From contig CACZSA010000341.1 in NCBI GenBank assembly GCA_902783705.1, positions 1-43,278 on the forward strand: a stretch of DNA of 43,278 nt, given 5' to 3'. The translations under genes were made by a program, and so were the position numbers. Positions 1 through 9,774 of the stretch are shown piece by piece (within the stretch, counting starts at the first letter, position 1; every line of letters starts with the position of its first letter). This DNA is from an uncultured Ruminococcus sp. GTDB lineage: Bacteria; Bacillota; Clostridia; Oscillospirales; CAG-272. The notes under the pieces are model-generated. The model did not search any database, was not told the origin of the DNA, and saw nothing but the letters and a program-made list of their open reading frames with translations.

Positions 1-433
<433 letters not shown>

Positions 434-484
434 GTCCTTTTCGCCGAAAACTTCCGGGAATTCGCCGGAAATTTCCTTCGATAA

Positions 485-523
485 CAAAAAAAGGAGAACC
501 GCATGTGAAAATACGGTTCTCCC
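485..523 (-). terminator. rho-independent terminator of typA
   Basis: Minus strand: GGAGAACCG, 12-nt loop, CGGTTCTCC, then a T7 run (A-run 486-492 on the plus strand). It starts 16 nt after the typA stop. Confidence 0.8.
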
Positions 524-538
524 GGAAATAACGGTGTG

Positions 539-2383
<1,845 letters not shown>

Positions 2384-2466
2384 CCCGTCTTTCCCTCGCA
2401 GGGAAATTCCTTTCGCATGCGTTCAAAGATATTATCAAAATCTTTCGATCTTCAATCAACCCTTGA

Positions 2467-2475
2467 ATTATAGCA
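2467..2475 (-). promoter_or_regulatory. extended -10 box (TGCTATAAT) upstream of typA
   Basis: Revcomp of attatagca at 2467-2475, ~85 nt upstream of the typA start. No good -35. Confidence 0.4.
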
Positions 2476-2555
2476 TATTTTGCGCGCAAAAAAAAGGAGA
2501 ACGGCAGAAAAAATCAAATTTCAGCGATTTGCGAAAAAACGCGCCCCGCCGGGAT

Positions 2556-5096
2556 TCAATTTTTGTCAGCCGTTTCCTCTGAAACCCAGAATTCGTCGAG
2601 GATATGGGACAGGGAGATGAGATCCCCCGTGTATTTCATGTGCCGCCAGTGCTTCGGAAAGAGCGATTTCATCCGCGGATCGCCGAGACGGTCGTCGCAG
2701 AGCACGATCACGCCGCGGTCCGTCTCCGAACGGATGACGCGCCCCGCCGCCTGCTGGACCTTGTTCATGCCGGGGCAGAGATACGCGAACTCAAAGCCCC
2801 GCTCCGTCTTGTCGTCGTAGTACGCGGACATGAGATTGCGTTCCGCCGAGAGCTGCGGCATACCCGTACCGAAGACAATCACGCCGATCAGGCTCTCCCC
2901 GGCGAGGTCGATGCCCTCGGAGAACATCCCGCCGAGGACGCAGAACCCGACGACCGAGCCGTGGCCGCCCTCGCGGAATACCTTGATGAACCGCTCGCGC
3001 TCCTTCCAGCTCATCCCGGGTTTCTGCATGACGAGCGCGCAGTCCGGTCCGAGGGTCGAAAACGCCCGGCATACCCGCTTCATATACTCGTAGGAGGGGA
3101 AGTAGACGATGTAGTTGCCCGCTCGAGCCGAGATCGTCTCGTAGATGACCTCCGCGCAGTCCATCGCCGTGCCCCGGCGGTCGGCGTAGCGCGTGCTCAC
3201 CGAATCGTAGGACACGAGACAGAGATTGTCCGGATCGTATGGAGAATCGAGCTCGAGCAGGGCGGCGTGATCCATCCCGCAGAGCTCGCGGAAGTACTCC
3301 ATCGGGGAGAGCGTCGCCGAAAACAGGATCGACGATTTCGCCGCACCGAGCATGGCCTCGCAGATCCCCGACGGATCGAGGCAGAGGATCTCACATTCGA
3401 CCCGCTCGTTCTCCCGATGCGCGAAGAAGCGGAATTTCTCATCGAAATAGGAGGAGGCGAAGAGGATCCCCGCGAGTGCGTCGGCGAAGGGATGAAGCAG
3501 GTCCCCGTCCTCGTCGTCGTCGCGGGAGACGGACCGCATCGTGCGGAGCAGATTCCCCGCGGTTCGCACCAGCCCATCCGGCACGCGCGAGGCCTGACAG
3601 TACGCCCCGGAGACATCCCCTTCGGGTGTTGTGCGGACATATTCGCTCTCGTCGCACATCGCGCGGACCTCCTCCAGCGCAAGCCGGAGATCCTCAATTC
3701 CCGCGCCGAGGTCCGGATAGTCCGCGAGGCTGCCTTCGTACACTTCCGTCAGTTTTTCGAGCCAGTCCATCGGCAGGGCGGCGGAATACGTCGAGCGCGC
3801 GCGGTCCGGGATGTTGTGCGCCTCGTCGAAGAGGAACGCATAGCGGTCCGCGTTCGCCGGATCCTTGAAATATCGCCGGAAGCGGACGTTGTCGTCGAGC
3901 GCGTAGTTGTAGTCGCAGACGACGATCATACAGAGTTCCGAAAGATCGAGGGAGAGCTCGTAGGGGCAGACCTTATATTTGTCCGCCGCCGCCGTCAGCC
4001 GCGGGAGAGTGTAGACCGTGTCCTCCTCCGCGAGCAGATCGGCGAGAGCGGCAAGCTCCCGTTCGCGGTACGGACGGTAGGTGAGGCCGAAATCTTCGCT
4101 GATCGAATCCATCCGTTCGCAGGTCCGACAGTTCATACGGAAGGGAAGACCCTTCATCTCCTTTTTGATCGGGCAGACGACGTCCTTCGCCGATACGGAG
4201 ACGACGCGGAGATGCGGCGCGTGAGAGGCGATGCGGCGGGCGGTATCGAGGGCGGCCTGCCCCGTCACGTTCTTCGCCGTGAAGTAGAACACCTTGTCGA
4301 TCTTTCCCTCTCCGAGAACCTTGACGGCGGGGAAGAGCGCGGAGATCGTCTTGCCGATGCCCGTCGGCGCGGAGACCATGAGATCCTGCCCGGTCTTCAT
4401 CGCGCGGTAGGCGGCCTGTATGAACGCACGCTGACCGTCCCGGATCGTCGAATACGGGAACGGCATCTTCTTCGCCTCGTCGGCAAATACGGTGAACCGC
4501 TCGGCAAAGACCTTCACAAACGGCGCGGCCCTCTCCGTCAGCGTCAGAAAGAGCTTTTCGAGGACTGTGCGGGAAAACGGCGCGGCAAACGACACCGTCT
4601 CCCCGTTCGAGCGACGGCGATAGGTGAGCTTCAGCTTCACGCCGTCGATCCCGCGCCCGTCAGCGAAGAGGAAGGCATAGACCGCGCACTGTGCGAAGTG
4701 GGCGGGATCGGAGAAGGGGCTTACGGTCTTCGAGATCGACTGGACCGTCTTGATCTCCTCGACCGTATGAACACAGCCGTCAAAGGATATAATATCCGCG
4801 TATCCCTGTACGAGAACCATCTCTCCGCCGAGCGTGATCTCGCGGGATAGCGGGACCTCGGTCTGCGTGCCGTCAAGAAGGGAGGCGTCCGTCTCCGCAA
4901 CATGATGGATAGCCGTCCCGAGCTCTCCGGGCGTCATGCGGCGCTCTTCCGGATCGTCCGGCAGCTCCCGCTCATCCGCGATCTTCGTGAAGCCGAATTT
5001 CTGCATCAGCGCGCGCGGATTCTCCCGGGCATAGGCATACCGCGCCAGCTCCGTGACGTCCATGAGCACCCGCCCGGATGCCTTGTCGTACCGCAT
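2556..5096 (-). CDS. XPD/DinG-family Fe-S SF2 helicase with an N-terminal RecB/Cas4-like PD-(D/E)xK nuclease domain
   Basis: 846 aa. N-terminal motifs GTAIH, QGYADII, VEEIK and QCAVY. Then Walker A APTGIGKT, a spaced 4-Cys insert, the DEAH box FDEAHN and C-terminal QAAGRVIR. GGAGGGGG SD before the ATG. Confidence 0.8.
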   Translation of the reverse strand: MRYDKASGRVLMDVTELARYAYARENPRALMQKFGFTKIADERELPDDPEERRMTPGELGTAIHHVAETDASLLDGTQTEVPLSREITLGGEMVLVQGYADIISFDGCVHTVEEIKTVQSISKTVSPFSDPAHFAQCAVYAFLFADGRGIDGVKLKLTYRRRSNGETVSFAAPFSRTVLEKLFLTLTERAAPFVKVFAERFTVFADEAKKMPFPYSTIRDGQRAFIQAAYRAMKTGQDLMVSAPTGIGKTISALFPAVKVLGEGKIDKVFYFTAKNVTGQAALDTARRIASHAPHLRVVSVSAKDVVCPIKKEMKGLPFRMNCRTCERMDSISEDFGLTYRPYRERELAALADLLAEEDTVYTLPRLTAAADKYKVCPYELSLDLSELCMIVVCDYNYALDDNVRFRRYFKDPANADRYAFLFDEAHNIPDRARSTYSAALPMDWLEKLTEVYEGSLADYPDLGAGIEDLRLALEEVRAMCDESEYVRTTPEGDVSGAYCQASRVPDGLVRTAGNLLRTMRSVSRDDDEDGDLLHPFADALAGILFASSYFDEKFRFFAHRENERVECEILCLDPSGICEAMLGAAKSSILFSATLSPMEYFRELCGMDHAALLELDSPYDPDNLCLVSYDSVSTRYADRRGTAMDCAEVIYETISARAGNYIVYFPSYEYMKRVCRAFSTLGPDCALVMQKPGMSWKERERFIKVFREGGHGSVVGFCVLGGMFSEGIDLAGESLIGVIVFGTGMPQLSAERNLMSAYYDDKTERGFEFAYLCPGMNKVQQAAGRVIRSETDRGVIVLCDDRLGDPRMKSLFPKHWRHMKYTGDLISLSHILDEFWVSEETADKN

Positions 5097-5131
5097 CGTT
5101 CCCCCTCCTTTCCGTGATTATTTCCTGTCCG

Positions 5132-5632
5132 TTATCCCCGCTTACGCTCGAGGATCATCCGCTTTACCGTCCGCTCCTCACCGAGCCGGATCGTCTTTTC
5201 CGCGCCGTCGAAGCGGAAGCCGTAGCGTTCGTAAAACCGGATCGCGCGCTCGTTTCCGTCGAGGACCCACAGCGCGATCACCGGCCTGTCTCCCACCGCC
5301 TCTGCGGCGGCGTTCATCAGAGTGAATCCGATCCCGCGTCCCCAGTATTCCGGGAGGACATACAACCCGTCCAGCTCCGCCGCGTCCGGAAGATCCTCTC
5401 CGCGGTATGGGCTGTAAGCCGCAAACCCGACGACCCGGTCTCCGTCCTTCGCGAGGAGCGTGTTCTCCCGGAACGTGAGCGCGATTTTCTCGCACCGCTC
5501 CCGGAATGCCGGATCGGTGAGGTAGGCGTCCGGGATGAGGCCCGCGTAGGCCGCCTGCCAGGTCTTCCAGTGGACGAACGCCTTCCCGCGTGCATCCTCG
5601 TCGTTCAGCACCGCCGTGACCGAGATCTCCAT
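5132..5632 (-). CDS. GNAT-family N-acetyltransferase
   Basis: 166 aa. Acetyl-CoA motif A YVLPEYWGRGIG and C-terminal RFYERYGF. SD GGAGGG. Confidence 0.8.
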   Translation of the reverse strand: MEISVTAVLNDEDARGKAFVHWKTWQAAYAGLIPDAYLTDPAFRERCEKIALTFRENTLLAKDGDRVVGFAAYSPYRGEDLPDAAELDGLYVLPEYWGRGIGFTLMNAAAEAVGDRPVIALWVLDGNERAIRFYERYGFRFDGAEKTIRLGEERTVKRMILERKRG

Positions 5633-5662
5633 GCAGAAGCCCTCCTTTGTGTGATTTGTCCC

Positions 5663-5673
5663 ATTATATCACA
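5663..5673 (-). promoter_or_regulatory. -16 TRTG plus -10 box (TGTGATATAAT) for the GNAT gene
   Basis: Revcomp of attatatcaca at 5663-5673, ~30 nt upstream of the ATG at 5632. Confidence 0.45.
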
Positions 5674-5750
5674 TCCCGCATGAAAAATCAACCGCCGCAA
5701 AAAAGCAGATCGGAGACCGCGCAAATTCCGGCGGAGGACGCAGAAATTCC

Positions 5751-5779
5751 TTGCATTTTGTCCCTGCGCGTGCTATAAT
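5751..5779 (+). promoter_or_regulatory. sigma-A type promoter for the 5810 gene
   Basis: TTGCAT (5751-5756), 17 nt, TGCTATAAT with the -10 at 5774-5779. It lies ~30 nt upstream of the ATG. Confidence 0.6.
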
Positions 5780-5809
5780 GTCATCGATGAAGTTTTCCGA
5801 GGTGTCAAT

Positions 5810-6454
5810 ATGGTTCTCAATCAGAAAGAAACGACCGTCGCCTACCGCTGCCCGGAATGCGGCGCAACCGTCATGAGCCTCGTGGGCATTTTCACGCTCA
5901 CGGCGGATATGATCCGGCTCAAATGCCCCTGCGGACAGAGCGAGCTTGAGATCGTCTACACAAAGGATAAAAAGGTCCGTCTGAACGTGCCGTGCTTCCT
6001 CTGCCCGACGCCGCACAGCTATCTCATTTCCTCGGGAATGTTTTTCGAAAAGGATCTCTTCGCCCTCCCGTGCAGCTACTCCGGCATCGACGTCTGCTTC
6101 ATCGGGAAGAAGGAGCGGGTACAGGAAGCGCTGAAAAAGTCCGAGAAGGAGCTCATGGAGCTGCTCGGCGATACGTCGTTCGAGGAGCTTGCGGAGCACC
6201 GCGGCGAGGGCGGCGAGCTGACCGATCCGCAGGTGATGGACATCATCCTCTACGTCGTGCGGGATCTTGCGGATGAGGGAAAGATCCTCTGCAGCTGTCC
6301 GGACGGCGGCGATTATACCGTCGACGTCGGGGAAGACGAGATCTCCGTCCGCTGCAAGCAGTGCGGTGACCATCTCGAGCTTCCGGTGACGAGCCTCACG
6401 GCGGCGACGGATTTTCTCGGCGCAGAATCGCTCGACCTCCGTCCGAAGGACTGA
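5810..6454 (+). CDS. hypothetical protein with two zinc-ribbon-like Cys clusters
   Basis: 214 aa. CPECG...CPCG near the N-terminus and CSCPDGG...CKQCG near the C-terminus. GAGGTG SD. The opposite-strand ORF 5669..6496 has low-complexity, Arg/Ala-rich composition and is judged an artefact. Confidence 0.7.
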   Translation: MVLNQKETTVAYRCPECGATVMSLVGIFTLTADMIRLKCPCGQSELEIVYTKDKKVRLNVPCFLCPTPHSYLISSGMFFEKDLFALPCSYSGIDVCFIGKKERVQEALKKSEKELMELLGDTSFEELAEHRGEGGELTDPQVMDIILYVVRDLADEGKILCSCPDGGDYTVDVGEDEISVRCKQCGDHLELPVTSLTAATDFLGAESLDLRPKD

Positions 6455-6488
6455 GACCGGTCCGAAGGAACCCGGAAGAAGCGGGACG

Positions 6489-6500
6489 CATATCATGATA
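6489..6500 (+). promoter_or_regulatory. CATATCATGATA motif (10-bp palindrome TATCATGATA); possible mother-cell sigma -10 or operator
   Basis: The identical 12-mer recurs on the minus strand at 27857-27846, in the same orientation relative to its downstream gene. Here it lies 72 nt upstream of the 6572 ATG. Confidence 0.3.
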
Positions 6501-6571
6501 AAGGACGGCGCGAAGTCTCACGGCAGGCAGAACGCCGCTCCGCACATCGCCCGAAGGCACGGAGGTTTATC

Positions 6572-6658
6572 ATGAGCTGCTTCTGCAACCTGTTCGACAA
6601 CGATACCATTATCTGGATCATCGTCATCATCCTTCTGCTCGTCATCCTCGGGAACTGA
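6572..6658 (+). CDS. tiny hydrophobic peptide (28 aa, MSCFCNLFDNDTIIWIIVIILLLVILGN)
   Basis: ATG 6 nt after GGAGG (6561-6565). One predicted TM helix. A strong terminator follows immediately. Too short for the ORF track. Confidence 0.5.
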   Translation: MSCFCNLFDNDTIIWIIVIILLLVILGN

Positions 6659-6675
6659 CCGGCGGAATAAAGTCA

Positions 6676-6709
6676 GGCGGACCTCTCATGGAGGGGTCCG
6701 CCCTTTTTT
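6676..6709 (+). terminator. rho-independent terminator
   Basis: GGCGGACCTC / GAGGGGTCCGCC forms a 10-bp stem with a 7-nt loop, followed by TTTTTT (6704-6709). Confidence 0.85.
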
Positions 6710-6743
6710 GTATTCAGATAAATCCCCGATCCCGCCCTCGCAG

Positions 6744-6913
6744 GGACGTCAGTGTCCGGTAGTAAGAATAACAGTGAGTTGTGCGCATGTAAGATTGAGG
6801 AGCGTGATTTGTACATGCGGGATTCGAACCCGAGCGGCTCCGCGCTCTACCACCTATAAGAACTCCGAAGAGTTTGCGCGTCTCATTCTCAAACGCTGAG
6901 GCGACACTCGCCC
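6744..6913 (-). ncRNA. candidate structured RNA with a tRNA-like T-arm and D-loop (unclassified; not a canonical tRNA or tmRNA)
   Basis: On the minus strand: closing helix GGGCGAGTGTC (6913-6903) pairs with GACACT-GA-CGTCC (6756-6744) and includes a G.U pair. UUCG hairpin AACTC-TTCG-GAGTT (6874-6861). GGTGGTAGAGC (6854-6844). GAGCG-CGGAGC-CGCTC (6847-6832). GGG-TTCGAAT-CCC (6831-6819). GCATGTA-N20-TACATGC (6818-6785). No credible ORF here. Confidence 0.35.
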
Positions 6914-6934
6914 GCCCAAGCTACACACAGATAA

Positions 6935-7387
6935 TCAGAGGAGATCGGTCGACCAGTTCGCCGCCTGGATCGCCGTGTCGGTCTCGCGCAGGGATTTCGA
7001 GAGATCGTCGACAGTCTTCTGCAGATCGCGGACGGAGACGGTGCTCTTGACGATGATCTCGGATCCGCGGCTCCGCATGGCGGTCTGGCTTGCGGTGGAG
7101 AGGAAGTGCCGGAGAACGCGCAGGCGTTTCGTGAGGCAGTCCCGCTTCGCGATGAGCGCGGTGAGGGTCAAACCGTCGACGGCTGCCGACGCGTTGGTCT
7201 GATTGATCCGGGTGATGAGCTCCTCGAGCGAGGCCGTGAGCGTCGTGAGCTCGGCGAGAAGAACGACGGGATCCTCCGCAGGTTCCTCACCGTCCTGCAC
7301 GAGCGCGTTGCTCTGGAGACGGTCCTCGAGCTGATCGATCCGTTTCTGAAGATCGGCTCTCTCGATGAGAGCTTCTGCCAGTTTCAT
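6935..7387 (-). CDS. small coiled-coil protein, DIP1984-family-like (family assigned from memory)
   Basis: 150 aa. MKLAEALIERADLQKRIDQLEDRL... heptad-like N-terminus. Clean codon usage. Confidence 0.6.
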   Translation of the reverse strand: MKLAEALIERADLQKRIDQLEDRLQSNALVQDGEEPAEDPVVLLAELTTLTASLEELITRINQTNASAAVDGLTLTALIAKRDCLTKRLRVLRHFLSTASQTAMRSRGSEIIVKSTVSVRDLQKTVDDLSKSLRETDTAIQAANWSTDLL

Positions 7388-7393
7388 AATAGA

Positions 7394-7903
7394 TCAGTCC
7401 TTTTCAAGGTCGATCCGCCGCACCTCGCCGTCCTCATAGAGGATCGCGCCGTGCGGGGTATTGTTTTTCGGAATGGAGACGGAACCGGGATTGAGGAACC
7501 GGACACCGCCCTCCGTGTAATCGTGGGGGATATGCGTGTGTCCCGTGAAATAACAGGATCCGCCGGGCATCTTCGGGACCTCGCGGTGTCCGTGGGAGAG
7601 GTAGAGCGCCCGCTCCCCGTCGAAGATCACGCCGTAATCGGGGGACACCGGGAAGTCGAGAACCATGCCGTCCACCTCGGATTCGCAGTTCCCGCGCACC
7701 GCGAGGATCTCGGATGCGAGGGGATTGAGCATCGCGATGACGGCCTTCGGATCGTAGCCTTCGGGCAGATCGTTGCGAGGTCCGTGATAGAGGATATCGC
7801 CCAGCAGCACGAGCCGACACGCCCCGGAGGCCCGGTAAGCGTCGAGCATCCGGGCGCACCAGAGGGCCGATCCGTGCAGATCAGACGCAATGAAGAGCTT
7901 CAT
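7394..7903 (-). CDS. YfcE/MJ0936-type metallophosphoesterase
   Basis: Motifs DLHG, GDILYHG, GNCES and GHTH. Track ORF 7394..8473 is an in-frame Arg-rich extension. The real ATG at 7903 overlaps the upstream stop (TAATG). Confidence 0.8.
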   Translation of the reverse strand: MKLFIASDLHGSALWCARMLDAYRASGACRLVLLGDILYHGPRNDLPEGYDPKAVIAMLNPLASEILAVRGNCESEVDGMVLDFPVSPDYGVIFDGERALYLSHGHREVPKMPGGSCYFTGHTHIPHDYTEGGVRFLNPGSVSIPKNNTPHGAILYEDGEVRRIDLEKD

Positions 7904-8763
7904 TATTTCAGGTTGAACTTCTCGATCTTCTCTCTGAGGAAGTTCACCGCGAGGGCGATGTCCTTTTCGGGCTGGTTGCCGACTTCGCGCTCGATGGTGA
8001 GGAAGCCGTTGAAGCCGGTTGCCGCAAGGGCAGGGAGGTACACGTCGAAGTTGACGTCGCCTTCGCCGAGAGGCAGCTCGAGGTACTTGTGGCCCATCTC
8101 GAGAAGCGCCTTGTGCTCCTTCGCCTCTTCGCCGATCTCGATCGCTTCGTCGATCTTCTTCTTCAGCATGATGCCGTCCTTCGCATGGGTGTGAACGACG
8201 TACTTGCCGAGGTATTTCAGCGCGTTTTCCGGTCTGTCGTCGACGCACATCACGAGGTTGGCGGGGTCGAAGTTGACGCGGACGCCGCCCGCACCGAGGG
8301 AATCGAGGAATTCGCCGAGGACCTTGCCCGGTTCCGGACCGGTCTCGACCGCGAAGGCCGCTTCGACGGAGTCCGCGTATTCGGCGAGCTCGCGGCAGGC
8401 CTTGCGCATGATCTCGCGGGTTTCGTTTTCCTCTTCGGGAACGGTGCCGATGTGCGTGGTGACGACGTTGCATTCGAGCTTCTTTGCGAGGTCGAGGACT
8501 CTCTTGGACTTCTCAACGTAGATCTTGTTCTCGTCCGCGTTCATGAAGCCGTGACCGAAGTCGCCGCAGAGAGCGGAGAAGACAAGGCCGTTCGACTTGA
8601 CGATATCGAGGGTTTCGCGGATCTTATCGGGAGTCATGTTCTCAGGCGCGAGCTCGCCGTAGGTGGCGTACGCCTGAATGCCTTCGATGCCGAGCTCGGC
8701 GGCCTTTTCCACGCCTGCGCGGAATCCGAGACGGAACGATTCTACCATTGCGCCGATTTTCAT
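7903..8763 (-). CDS. sugar phosphate isomerase/epimerase (xylose-isomerase-like TIM barrel)
   Basis: 286 aa. Typical AP-endonuclease-2/xylose-isomerase-like pattern (...VVTTHIG..., ...VHTHAKD..., LTIERE). Confidence 0.7.
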   Translation of the reverse strand: MKIGAMVESFRLGFRAGVEKAAELGIEGIQAYATYGELAPENMTPDKIRETLDIVKSNGLVFSALCGDFGHGFMNADENKIYVEKSKRVLDLAKKLECNVVTTHIGTVPEEENETREIMRKACRELAEYADSVEAAFAVETGPEPGKVLGEFLDSLGAGGVRVNFDPANLVMCVDDRPENALKYLGKYVVHTHAKDGIMLKKKIDEAIEIGEEAKEHKALLEMGHKYLELPLGEGDVNFDVYLPALAATGFNGFLTIEREVGNQPEKDIALAVNFLREKIEKFNLK

Positions 8764-8793
8764 GTTGATTCCTCCTGAAAGGTGAAATAATGA

Positions 8794-9774
8794 TTAATCA
8801 GAGTTTTTCTTGATCTTCTGCATCCGGATGTCGCTTCCGGTGAACTGGAGCGGGATGAACTCACCGAAGACGCGGGACATGATCCGGTCCTCGTAGCGGC
8901 TCCGCAGCTCCGCGCCGCGCAGGTTGGTGCTGATGACGGTCGGACGGTGCCGGATGAGACGCTGGTTGAGAAGATAATAGAGGCAGGAGATGCTGAAGCG
9001 GTTCGTGATCTCCGTGCCGAGATCGTCGATGATGAGGAGATCGCAGTCCGCGAAGCGGTCGATGTCGTCCTCCTCCGAAGCGTCGGTGTAGCTGTTCGTG
9101 TGGAACCGCCGCGCCTCGTACTCGCCGAAGAGGCCCTGCGCGGATTCGTACACGACGTAGAAGCCCCGCTCGATCACACGGCGCGCGACGGCAGAGCAGA
9201 GATGCGTCTTGCCGAGCCCGGTCGCGCCTACCAGTATGAGGTTCCCGGAGGAGGCAGGATCAAATCCATCCGCGTATCTTTTGAGGAGGCCGACGATCTG
9301 CTCCATCACTATTCTATCATCTTTTTCGTAATAGTCAAGACAAAACGTGTCAAAAGTCTGATTTTTTGTAAGGGAATAGAGCCCGGAGCTCTCGAGGAAA
9401 TTCTGCACAATCTCCCGGCGGAGACAATCGCAGAGATCGATCCCGACGTAGCCGGAGTCCGAGCATTTCTCGCACGAATAGTGCATGTCGCAGTAGTCCG
9501 GCGCATATCCGTTCTCGGCGAGGATTTCCCGGCGCCGGGCGGCGGTCTTTTCATATTCGCGCCGGATCTCCTCGATCTCCGCCCGGGTATCCCCGCCTCC
9601 GAAGGACGCCGCGACGATCTTCGGTCCGGTCTTCTGCAATTCCCGGTCGATCTCGGCGAACTCGGGAACCGCGGCGGACACCTCGGCAATGCGTCTCTCG
9701 TAGGAAGCGATGCTCTCGGCGCGTCGGGAGGCGATGGTCTCCTTCGCGCGGCGGATGCTTTCGCTCTTCGTCAT
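8794..9774 (-). CDS. DnaC/DnaI-like helicase loader ATPase
   Basis: 326 aa. N-terminal Cys cluster CEKCSDSGYVGIDLCDC, Walker A GATGLGKTH and Walker B LLIIDDLGTE. ATGA overlap with the upstream gene. Confidence 0.8.
   Translation of the reverse strand: MTKSESIRRAKETIASRRAESIASYERRIAEVSAAVPEFAEIDRELQKTGPKIVAASFGGGDTRAEIEEIRREYEKTAARRREILAENGYAPDYCDMHYSCEKCSDSGYVGIDLCDCLRREIVQNFLESSGLYSLTKNQTFDTFCLDYYEKDDRIVMEQIVGLLKRYADGFDPASSGNLILVGATGLGKTHLCSAVARRVIERGFYVVYESAQGLFGEYEARRFHTNSYTDASEEDDIDRFADCDLLIIDDLGTEITNRFSISCLYYLLNQRLIRHRPTVISTNLRGAELRSRYEDRIMSRVFGEFIPLQFTGSDIRMQKIKKNSD

Noticed and set aside
6785-6880. Canonical tRNA or tRNA-Sec on the minus strand.
   Set aside because: There is no 7-nt anticodon loop; the candidate stems carry 4- or 6-nt loops. 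No upstream strand is complementary to the 3' acceptor-like CATGTAC. The alternative acceptor would need three G.U pairs out of seven.
6708-6899. 63-aa plus-strand ORF across the intergenic element.
   Set aside because: It has a TTG start directly inside the T-run of the preceding terminator, no SD, and implausible Arg/Cys/Thr-rich composition.
6709-6934. tmRNA (ssrA), including a permuted two-piece form, suggested by the T-arm and by the downstream pairing of GCATGTA with TACATGC.
   Set aside because: The gap is ~225 nt against ~350 nt for a tmRNA. There is no GGGG 5' acceptor with a G3.U70 alanine identity pair. There is no tag reading frame ending in ...ALAA-like residues; the best frame reads RLRMRRANSSEFL. 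There is no CCA-proximal acceptor, and permuted tmRNAs are not known to me in Firmicutes.
7394-8473. 359-aa version of the phosphoesterase ORF.
   Set aside because: The N-terminal 190 aa are Arg/Pro/Gly low-complexity sequence antisense-overlapping the isomerase gene frame. A proper ATG (MKLFIASDLHG) is coupled to the upstream stop at 7903.
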